From Dehalococcoidia bacterium (GTDB lineage: Bacteria; Chloroflexota; Dehalococcoidia; UBA6926): a DNA stretch of 64,000 nt. Below the pieces are notes generated by a model. The model was not told where the DNA came from. It made no database searches and worked only from the letters and a program-made list of their open reading frames with translations. Shown here in pieces: positions 56,519 to 64,000 of the stretch; position 1 is the first letter of the stretch; each line of letters starts with the position of its first letter. Where the stretch lies: the NCBI GenBank assembly GCA_963666115.2, contig CAXXET010000008.1, positions 32,001-96,000 of the forward strand. The letters are read 5' to 3'. Made by a program: the position numbers and the translations under genes.

Positions 56519-57307
56519 TCACCACCCCGCCACAAAATCCAGCTCCAGCCGGATGTTGTCCTCCAGGCTCACGATGAAGAACAGATCCGGAACCTCCATC
56601 TCGAACTCCCCGAACGTGAAATTCGTCTTCGCCGTGCCTGCCACGCTGGCGCCGTCAAACGTGGCGACAGTTTCCCACGCGACGGGCCGCGTCACCTCCC
56701 GCACCGTCAGGTCCCCGTTGATCGTGAACTCCGCCTCGCCCGATGTTGGCAGCGGCCACGCGAGCCCATCGATGCTCGTGGCCACGAACACGATCTCCGG
56801 ATAGGTCGCCGTTTCGATGGCGTTGCGTCGCAGATAGCGGTCGCGATTCTCCTCGTCGCTCTTCAGGCTCGCCGCGTTCAGCACGATGCGCGAACCCTCC
56901 GGCACAATCTTCCCGTCCGCCGCAAACGTGAACGCCCCCGTCACCTCCGTCGTCTCGCCGATAGCGTCAAAAGGCAGCTCGACGTTCGCCAACTCCTCAC
57001 GAATCAGGTAACGTGCTGCGGTCCCCTCCTCGAGCGTCGCGGTGAGACCCTCAGCGGGCACCTCGTCATCCACGGCGCCCCCGCTCGCTGGAGTGGCCGC
57101 ATCATCCTCAGTCACCATAGTCGGCATGGCGGTCGGCGGGGCAGCCGTGGGAATTGCAGTCGCCGTGGCCGTCGGGCTGGCGGCGGCCTCGTCGCCGTCG
57201 TCATCCGACTCGCTGCCCGTGCCGCACGCGGCAGCCAACACGGCCACCATCAGAGCCGCCGCAATCACCACCAATAGCCGCGCTGAAACGATGCCGTGCC
57301 TGTCCAT
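56519..57307 (-). CDS. YceI-like lipoprotein
   Basis: Lipobox LAAAC; SLKSDEENRD.YLR, YPEIVF, GDLTVREVT. Confidence 0.85.
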   Translation of the reverse strand: MDRHGIVSARLLVVIAAALMVAVLAAACGTGSESDDDGDEAAASPTATATAIPTAAPPTAMPTMVTEDDAATPASGGAVDDEVPAEGLTATLEEGTAARYLIREELANVELPFDAIGETTEVTGAFTFAADGKIVPEGSRIVLNAASLKSDEENRDRYLRRNAIETATYPEIVFVATSIDGLAWPLPTSGEAEFTINGDLTVREVTRPVAWETVATFDGASVAGTAKTNFTFGEFEMEVPDLFFIVSLEDNIRLELDFVAGW

Positions 57308-57437
57308 GGAGATACCTGTTCCTTGTGTCCTGGGCGTGGGTGTCAAACACAAGCATACGGGCGAGGAACGCCCCGCGCACGCCCTGATTTGCATGAGGCG
57401 CAATCCTCTGGCAACTGCGCGGTAGAATTAACGGACG

Positions 57438-58397
57438 ATGACACCCACCGAAGTGCCGGCGCGCCGCCATTTCCTGTCCCTTGCCGACCTCTCCCGGGAG
57501 GAGGTCGGCGCCGTGCTTGACGCCGCCGTCGCCATCCGCGCCGGGGAGCTAAGCCCGGACCTCACAGGGCGCAGCCTCGTCCTGCTGCTGGAAAAGCCGT
57601 CCCTCCGCACCCGCGTCAGCTTTGAATTGGGGATGCGCAAGATGGGCGGCCACAGCCTCAGCATGTTGCCGCAGGAAGTCGGGCTTGGCGGACGCGAGCC
57701 GCCGGAGGACGTCGCGCGCGTCCTCAGCCGCTACGCGGACGTCATCGCCGCCCGCGTCAACGACCACCAAACGCTCACCGAACTGGCTAACGCCGCCGAT
57801 GTCCCCGTCATCAACGCCCTCTCCGACGTCGAGCATCCCTGCCAAACGCTCGCTGATCTCCAGACGATCCGCGAGCATCTGGGCGGCCTGGAGGGCGTCA
57901 CGGTCGCGTTCATCGGCGACGGCAACAACGTGTCCGCAGGCCTCGCCATCGGCTGCGCCCTCGTTGGCGCAAAGTTCCGCATCGCGTCGCCGTCCGGCTA
58001 TGAACTGCCGCAGGATGTCGTGGCGCAGGCCAACGGACTCGCAGGGCAGGAGGGACGCGGCCCACAACTGCTGTTCAGCCCGCAGGACGCCGCTGAGGGC
58101 GCGGACGTCGTCTACACGGACGTGTGGGCCAGCATGGGACAGGAGGCGGAGCGTGAGCAGCGCGCCCGTGATTTCCAGGGCTACCAGGTATCCCCGCAGC
58201 TCATGGAGCTTGCCAATCCGGATGCCGTCTTCATGCACGATCTCCCCGCGCATGAGGACGAAGAAATTTCTGAGGGAATGCTCACCCATCCCCAGTCCAT
58301 CGTCTTTGACCAGGCCGAGAACCGGATGCACGCGCAGGCTGCCCTCATGGCGTTCCTGCTCGGCGCGCTCCCGCCCGCCCGCCAGGAAACCGCATGA
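57438..58397 (+). CDS. argF: Ornithine carbamoyltransferase
   Basis: KPSLRTRVSF, HPCQTLAD, YTDVWASMG, MHDLPA, QAENR. Confidence 0.92.
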   Translation: MTPTEVPARRHFLSLADLSREEVGAVLDAAVAIRAGELSPDLTGRSLVLLLEKPSLRTRVSFELGMRKMGGHSLSMLPQEVGLGGREPPEDVARVLSRYADVIAARVNDHQTLTELANAADVPVINALSDVEHPCQTLADLQTIREHLGGLEGVTVAFIGDGNNVSAGLAIGCALVGAKFRIASPSGYELPQDVVAQANGLAGQEGRGPQLLFSPQDAAEGADVVYTDVWASMGQEAEREQRARDFQGYQVSPQLMELANPDAVFMHDLPAHEDEEISEGMLTHPQSIVFDQAENRMHAQAALMAFLLGALPPARQETA

Positions 58398-59767
58398 CCG
58401 CCCTTGTTGAAACACGCACCGGAGTGCCGAGCGGCCTCCCCACTGTCGCCATCGTTGGCCGCCCCAACGTCGGCAAATCCTCCCTCTTCAACCGCATGGT
58501 CGCCGAGCGCATCGCAATCGTTGCCGATGAGCCGGGCACCACCCGCGACCGCGTCACCGCCTACGTCACCCGTGACGACCGTACCCTTGCCCTGATCGAC
58601 ACCGGCGGCCTCATCCTCGGAGAAGAGGAGGGCATGATCGGCGCGATCCGCGACCAGGTTGCCGTCGCCCTCAGCGAGGCGGATGTCCTCTGCTTCGTCG
58701 TCGACGTGAACGCCGGCCTCCTGCCCGCCGACGAAGAGGTCGCCGACCTCCTCCGCCGCGTCTCCAAACCCGTCGTGCTGATTGCCAACAAGGCGGACAA
58801 CATCCAACGCGAGCGGCTCGCTGCAGAGTTCTACGAACTTGGCATTGGAGACCCCATTATCGTCAGCGCCCACCACGGGCGCGGCGTGAATGAGTTGTGG
58901 GACGGCATCATGGCTGCCCTGCCGGACGTGGAAGCGCCGCCCCCGGCCCCGCAGGGCTCGATACCCGTCGCCATCGTGGGCCGCCCCAACGTTGGCAAAT
59001 CATCGCTCGTCAACGCCATCCTCGGCCAGGAGCGCGCCATGGTGCGCGATGAGCCGGGCACCACCCGCGATGCCGTCGATACCCTCTTCGAATACGAGAA
59101 CCGCAAGTATCTGCTGATCGATACCGCCGGCATCCGCCGCCGCGGCCACATCGAGCGTGGCGTGGAGCGATTCAGCGTCGCCCGCGCCATGCAGGCCATC
59201 GAGCGCGCGGACGTTGCCGTGCTGGTCGTCGATGCCACCGAGTACCTGACTGCCCAGGACCTCCACGTCGCCGGTTTTGTGCAGCAGGCCCACAAGGGAC
59301 TCGCGCTCGTGATCAACAAGTGGGACCTCGCGCAGGAGGACGAAATCGACCGCCAGGAGGTCGAAATGCTCGTCCGCGCCCGCCTGAAATTCTTCCCGTC
59401 AATGCCCATCCTGTTCACCTCCGCGCTGCGTGGGCGCGGCGTCCGCGCCGTTCTGGACGTGGTCGCCCGCATCCAGATGGAGCGCATGACCCGCGTCACC
59501 ACCGCGCAGGTGAACAGGGCATTGCTCGACGCCCTGGCAGACCATCAGCCGCCGTCGTCGGGCCGCAGGCGGTTGCAGATCTACTACGCGACGCAAGCGG
59601 AGGTGAACCCCCCCACGTTCGTCTTCTTCTGCAACGATCCGTCGCTCATCCACTTCTCCTACCGCCGCTATCTTGAAAACGTCTTGCGCCGCAAGTTCGG
59701 CTTTGAAGGCACCGCCATCCGCCTGATCTTCCGCGGCCGCGATGCGAACCGGGATGAACCCGATTAG
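58394..59767 (+). CDS. der: Ribosome biogenesis GTPase Der
   Basis: Two GRPNVGKSSL/GTTRD G-domains and a KH-like C-terminus. Confidence 0.97.
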   Translation: MTALVETRTGVPSGLPTVAIVGRPNVGKSSLFNRMVAERIAIVADEPGTTRDRVTAYVTRDDRTLALIDTGGLILGEEEGMIGAIRDQVAVALSEADVLCFVVDVNAGLLPADEEVADLLRRVSKPVVLIANKADNIQRERLAAEFYELGIGDPIIVSAHHGRGVNELWDGIMAALPDVEAPPPAPQGSIPVAIVGRPNVGKSSLVNAILGQERAMVRDEPGTTRDAVDTLFEYENRKYLLIDTAGIRRRGHIERGVERFSVARAMQAIERADVAVLVVDATEYLTAQDLHVAGFVQQAHKGLALVINKWDLAQEDEIDRQEVEMLVRARLKFFPSMPILFTSALRGRGVRAVLDVVARIQMERMTRVTTAQVNRALLDALADHQPPSSGRRRLQIYYATQAEVNPPTFVFFCNDPSLIHFSYRRYLENVLRRKFGFEGTAIRLIFRGRDANRDEPD

Positions 59768-59795
59768 GGCGGCGCGTTTGCTAAGGGAGTTGGCA

Positions 59796-60467
59796 ATGCC
59801 GGAATTGCTGGAATCGATCACATTCGCGGAGATCGCCCTCACCATCGCCGCCGCCCTCGGCAGCTACCTGCTCGGTGCGATCCCGATTGGCCTGCTCGTC
59901 GGCAAGCTCTTCGGCGGCGTCGACGTCCGCCAGTCCGGCAGCGGTCGCACTGGCGCAACCAACGTCCTCCGCACGCTCGGCTGGAAGGCAACCGTCCCGG
60001 TCGTCCTGCTTGACCTGTTCAAGGGATCGGCTGCCGTTCTCGCCGGCGGCGCGATTGCCGGGGTGCCCGGAGAAGTCGCCGCCGCAGTCGCCGTCGTCCT
60101 GGGCCATAGCTGGTCGGTATTCATCGGGTTTGGCGGGGGGCGCGGCGTGATACCGGCGGGCGGCGCCGCGCTCGCCCTCGTCTGGCCCGCCGCCATCATC
60201 GGCACAATCGTCGGCATCCTCGTCATTGCTCTCACGCGCTACGTCTCGCTCGGCTCTCTGCTCGGCACCGTCACGTGCGTCGGCATCATGGCCGCGTTCG
60301 CGATCATGGGCCTCGCGCCGCCGTTCTTCGATGCCGTGCCCCTCGTCGTCGCCCCCCTGGCCGTCGCCGGCGGCGCGATGATCGTCTACGCCCACCGCGA
60401 CAACATCAAGCGCCTGCTAACCGGCGCCGAACGCCGCTTCGGCCAACCCGCCGAACCGCCGCCCTGA
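59796..60467 (+). CDS. plsY: Glycerol-3-phosphate acyltransferase
   Basis: YLLGAIP, GSGRTGATNVLR, GGRGV, HRDNIKRL. Confidence 0.94.
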   Translation: MPELLESITFAEIALTIAAALGSYLLGAIPIGLLVGKLFGGVDVRQSGSGRTGATNVLRTLGWKATVPVVLLDLFKGSAAVLAGGAIAGVPGEVAAAVAVVLGHSWSVFIGFGGGRGVIPAGGAALALVWPAAIIGTIVGILVIALTRYVSLGSLLGTVTCVGIMAAFAIMGLAPPFFDAVPLVVAPLAVAGGAMIVYAHRDNIKRLLTGAERRFGQPAEPPP

Positions 60468-60582
60468 CCGCCCGCTCCCCATCGGGAGGAGCGCGACACA
60501 GGCGTTGACATTGTCCAAACCTTTGTCCACAATGAACTTGCGATAAAGCAGTCTATGGCGTAGCGCGCGGAACATGAACCCC

Positions 60583-60607
60583 GTGACACTGTCATTGACA
60601 GTGTCAC
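60583..60607. promoter_or_regulatory. Perfect inverted repeat made of two TGACA-N-TGTCA boxes upstream of fic
   Basis: GTGACACTGTCA-T-TGACAGTGTCAC; partial third box near 60506. Confidence 0.65.
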
Positions 60608-60645
60608 AACGATGAACCTTTGTTACCCATGCCAGGAGGTACTCA

Positions 60646-61806
60646 GTGTTTCAGTGGCCCATCAATTTTGGCCTGGAAGTACAGGACGCCCCGGACATCA
60701 TCAGGATGACCGAGGCTGCCCACGTCATCGCCGCCGCGATTGCCGGGGTTCCGCTAACCCCGGAGACGCAAGAGCGGCTGCACAGGCTGAACATCATGCG
60801 CGCCGTGCGGGGCACGACAGGCATCGAGGGAATCGAGCTGACAGACGAAGAAGTCGATGAGATCATTGCCTCTCCTCAAGGCGAGCCCGTCTTGCCGCGC
60901 ATACGGGTTCGCGAAGAGATGGAGGCGCGCGCCGCGCACAATCTCTTCATGCGCGTTGAGGACATTCTATGGGATGACATAGACACACAGCTGACGGAAA
61001 GCCTGGTCTGTGAATTTCACGAGATTCTAACGCGTGACGCTGATTATCAGGGGAATACTCCCGGGCAATATCGAAAGCACCGGGTCTACGTGGGCAGGTA
61101 TGAGCCGCCCGATTCTGCTGACGTGCCGGAACTCATGGCCCGGTATATCGAATGGCTGAACCAGGGGGCCGGCGCCCAGATGGATCCTGTGGCGCGGGCC
61201 GTCGTCGCCCATTTCCTGCTGGTAAGCATCCACCCGTTCGGCGATGGCAACGGCCGACTCTCCCGCGGCGTTGAGAGTTTCTTGCTGTACAAGGCCGGCA
61301 TCAACGTTCGCGGGTTCTATTCCCTGTCGAATTACTACTATCGCGAGCGCGATGCGTACTTCAATGCGCTAAACACCGTGCGTTTCCGTTCGGACCCCGA
61401 TGCCACGCCGTTCGTCCGATTCGCCCTGGAGGGCCTGCGACAAGAGCTTGAGGATGTCCACCAATATGTGATCGACGAGACACGGATGATCGCCTTCCAC
61501 GACTACTCCAGGGAACAGATTGCCCGCGGTGGCCGTCTTGGCAGCCCAGCCGGTCGCCGTCAATTGGAGTTTGTGCTCATTCTCAGGGCAGAGCCGGTCG
61601 CCGCCGCCGACATTCGCTCAGGCAGGCACATTCTCTCCGGGCTCTACCGGCGTGTCGCTGACAGAACGCTCTACCGCGACATCAACGCCCTGCAGAACCT
61701 GGGGCTCGTCACCTACCAGGACGGCATCGTCCGCGCCAACATCGGGGTCATCGACCAATACACGGCGGGCCGGCGACACCCTGCCTCCCCCTCCCCCAAT
61801 GTGTGA
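60646..61806 (+). CDS. Fic family protein with C-terminal wHTH
   Basis: HPFGDGNGRLSR; inhibitory-type TTGIEG; RTLYRDINALQNLGLV. Confidence 0.9.
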   Translation: MFQWPINFGLEVQDAPDIIRMTEAAHVIAAAIAGVPLTPETQERLHRLNIMRAVRGTTGIEGIELTDEEVDEIIASPQGEPVLPRIRVREEMEARAAHNLFMRVEDILWDDIDTQLTESLVCEFHEILTRDADYQGNTPGQYRKHRVYVGRYEPPDSADVPELMARYIEWLNQGAGAQMDPVARAVVAHFLLVSIHPFGDGNGRLSRGVESFLLYKAGINVRGFYSLSNYYYRERDAYFNALNTVRFRSDPDATPFVRFALEGLRQELEDVHQYVIDETRMIAFHDYSREQIARGGRLGSPAGRRQLEFVLILRAEPVAAADIRSGRHILSGLYRRVADRTLYRDINALQNLGLVTYQDGIVRANIGVIDQYTAGRRHPASPSPNV

Positions 61807-61840
61807 CAATTAACGGGAATCACGCGGCAGGAGGTCTCAC

Positions 61841-62872
61841 GTGAGCAGTCAGACGCGCAAGGCTGCCGTCATCGGCACCACCAGTTGGGGCACCACCCTT
61901 GCCCTCCTCCTCGCGCGCGCCGGCGCCGACACCCTCCTCTGGGCGCGCACCGAAGAGACCGCCCAGCGCATGAACGATGCCGGCCAGAATCCTGATCGCC
62001 TCCCCGGCTTCCCCTTCCCCGATAACCTGCGCGTCACCCCGTCTATGCCCCGGGCCGTTTCGGACGCAGACGTGATCATCGTCTGCGTGCCGTCCCCCGC
62101 CTTCCGCCAGAACCTGCACTGGCTCAGGGAGGGAAACCCCTCGCCCGATGCCGCTATCGTCACCGCCACCAAAGGCCTCGACCGCGCCGACGGCTCGCGC
62201 ATGAGCGAAATCTTTGCCCAGGAGATGGGGCAGGACGCCCTGCGCCAATACTGCGTCATCTCCGGCCCCAACCTCTCCCATGAAATCGCCGACGGCCTCC
62301 CCTCCTCCGCCGTCGTCGCGTCCGCCGCGGAGGACATGGCCGCCCGCGCGCAGGACGCGCTCACCTCGCCCGTCTTCCGCGTCTACACCAGCCCCGATGT
62401 CGCCGGCGTGGAGCTTGGCGGCTCCCTCAAGAACATCGTGGCCATCGGTGCGGGCATGATCGACGGCATGGGGTTTGGCGACAATGCCAAGGCCGCGTTC
62501 ATCTCACGCGCCATCGCGGAGATCACGCGGCTCGGCCTCGCGGCGGGCGCGCAGCCCCTGACCTTCAGCGGCCTCGCCGGCGTCGGAGACCTCGTCGCTA
62601 CCTGCTACAGCCGCCTCTCGCGTAACAGGCGCGTGGGCGAGGAACTGGGGCGCGGACGCAGCATCGCCCAGATCATGGGCGACCTGAATGAAGTCTGTGA
62701 GGGCTACAACACCACGCCCGCCGCGATCCGCCTGGCCGAACGCCTCAACGTGGAGACCCCCATCACGCTCGAAACCCACCGTGTCCTGCACGAGGGGCTG
62801 AATCCGCGCGAGGCGATCCAGTCCCTCATGGGACGCCCCGCCACCACCGAATACCCCGGCGAATCGCCGTAG
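61841..62872 (+). CDS. gpsA: NAD(P)H-dependent glycerol-3-phosphate dehydrogenase
   Basis: IGTTSWGT, ATKG, SGPN, LKNIVAI, GDLVATC.S..SRN. Confidence 0.95.
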   Translation: MSSQTRKAAVIGTTSWGTTLALLLARAGADTLLWARTEETAQRMNDAGQNPDRLPGFPFPDNLRVTPSMPRAVSDADVIIVCVPSPAFRQNLHWLREGNPSPDAAIVTATKGLDRADGSRMSEIFAQEMGQDALRQYCVISGPNLSHEIADGLPSSAVVASAAEDMAARAQDALTSPVFRVYTSPDVAGVELGGSLKNIVAIGAGMIDGMGFGDNAKAAFISRAIAEITRLGLAAGAQPLTFSGLAGVGDLVATCYSRLSRNRRVGEELGRGRSIAQIMGDLNEVCEGYNTTPAAIRLAERLNVETPITLETHRVLHEGLNPREAIQSLMGRPATTEYPGESP

Positions 62873-62943
62873 CGCGCCGGCGCAAACGCCGCTAGCCCGC
62901 ATCCTGTACTATTAGAGGCAGTCACATACTGAAAGAACCCACC

Positions 62944-64000
62944 TTGATACAGGCAGCCCCAATCGATCTGGACGACTTGACTGCGGACGGCAGAGGCGAT
63001 CCCTCCGGGATGGGCGGACACATAGCGGCGTTTCCCCACCGTGTTATGCAGGGGTGGAGCGGCGCCGCGAGTCTTGCCCTGCCGGATGAGTTCCGCGCTG
63101 TCCGCCGCGTTGTCGTGCAGGGCATGGGCGGCTCCGCCATAGCGGGTGACATCGCCGCCGAGGCCGTGGACGCCCTGCGCGAGCCTGGGGCAGCCGGGCC
63201 GCAAATCGATGTCTTTCGTGACTACGGCGCGCACCCAGCCGCCGGCCCTGACAGCCTGGTCATCATCATGAGCCACTCCGGCCGCACCGAGGAGGCGCTG
63301 TCCGGGGTGGAGGCCTCGCGTGAACGCGGCGCGCATCTCATCGTCATGGCGGGTGGCGGGCCGCTCGAAGAGGCCGCTCGCGCCAACGGAATCCCCGTTG
63401 CCATGATGCCGGAGAACGGCGGCCCGCCGCGCACCTACCTCCCGTATGCCCTCGGCGCGATGCTGCGCGTCTTCGTCGATCTCGGCATCGCCCCGCAGAG
63501 CACGGAGATGCAGTTGGCCGGCGCCGTTGCCGAACTCGAATCACGGCAAGCAGACTTTGATCCAACCTGCAATCGAACAGGGGCGGGGCGGATCAATCCC
63601 GCCAAGGAACTGGCGCGCGCCCTCTCCGGACGCATCCCCGTCATCGTCAGCGCGCGCGGCCTTGTCTCCGCCGCCCGCCGCTGGAAGACCCAGCTCAACG
63701 AGAACGCAAAGACCCCTGCATGGATGGAAGAACTCCCTGAGATGCACCACAACGCCATCGTGGGCTTTGAGCAACCCGATCTCAGTGACAATCTCGCCGT
63801 CGTCCTGCTCGGCCCGCCGTCCATTGGACCGCGTGGCCTCCATGACCGCTACGCGCTCTCCCGCCGCGTCCTGGACGACCTTGGCATCCCCGTTCACTGG
63901 CCCGCGCTCGCGGGAACCGCGCCGCTGTCGCGCCTGCTGGAGGCCGTGCTGCTGGGTGATTACGTCAGCTACTACCTGGCGCTCGTGAACGGCATCGACC
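62944..64000 (+). CDS. Bifunctional phosphoglucose/phosphomannose isomerase (SIS), 3'-truncated
   Basis: Manual translation: DPSGM, GMGGSAIAGD, SHSGRTEE, RWKTQLNENAK, PEMHHN; open to window end. Confidence 0.88.
   Translation, partial: MIQAAPIDLDDLTADGRGDPSGMGGHIAAFPHRVMQGWSGAASLALPDEFRAVRRVVVQGMGGSAIAGDIAAEAVDALREPGAAGPQIDVFRDYGAHPAAGPDSLVIIMSHSGRTEEALSGVEASRERGAHLIVMAGGGPLEEAARANGIPVAMMPENGGPPRTYLPYALGAMLRVFVDLGIAPQSTEMQLAGAVAELESRQADFDPTCNRTGAGRINPAKELARALSGRIPVIVSARGLVSAARRWKTQLNENAKTPAWMEELPEMHHNAIVGFEQPDLSDNLAVVLLGPPSIGPRGLHDRYALSRRVLDDLGIPVHWPALAGTAPLSRLLEAVLLGDYVSYYLALVNGID

Noticed and set aside
1-64000. Prophage, IS element or integron
   Set aside because: No integrase, transposase, phage structural genes or regular attC-like array recognised.

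Overview
High-GC bacterial chromosome segment. Gene content and order suggest Chloroflexota, Dehalococcoidia/SAR202-like (inference from dnaA-[island]-obgE-nadD, rpmH-rnpA-yidD-beta-propeller-yidC-jag and der-plsY-gpsA). A housekeeping backbone (rsmG, rpmH, rnpA, yidD, yidC, jag, ileS, fmt, dnaA, obgE, nadD, era, selA, coaE, panC, argF, der, plsY, gpsA, pgi/pmi) is interrupted by many 1-5 kb islets with no integrase or transposase: toxin-antitoxin pairs, HEPN proteins, GmrSD, an HD/YwgA-like pair, a Dcm-ParB-like-nuclease-like-Vsr operon, a type II R-M-like pair, Fic, a tandem trypsin-like protease and a peptide + XRE-HTH/TPR module. Main observations: (i) 'gene shells' whose ends persist while the middle is replaced by unrelated cargo; (ii) C/A-rich, G-poor plus-strand tracts at islet junctions; (iii) an 11-bp-phased DnaA-box-like array before obgE; (iv) the NQLNPNN peptide/HTH-TPR module; (v) the four-gene Dcm operon. 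Single-base homopolymer frameshifts in dnaA and the rusA-like gene may be assembly errors. No rRNA, tRNA, CRISPR array or IS element was recognised. All calls come from reading the sequence; no searches were run.
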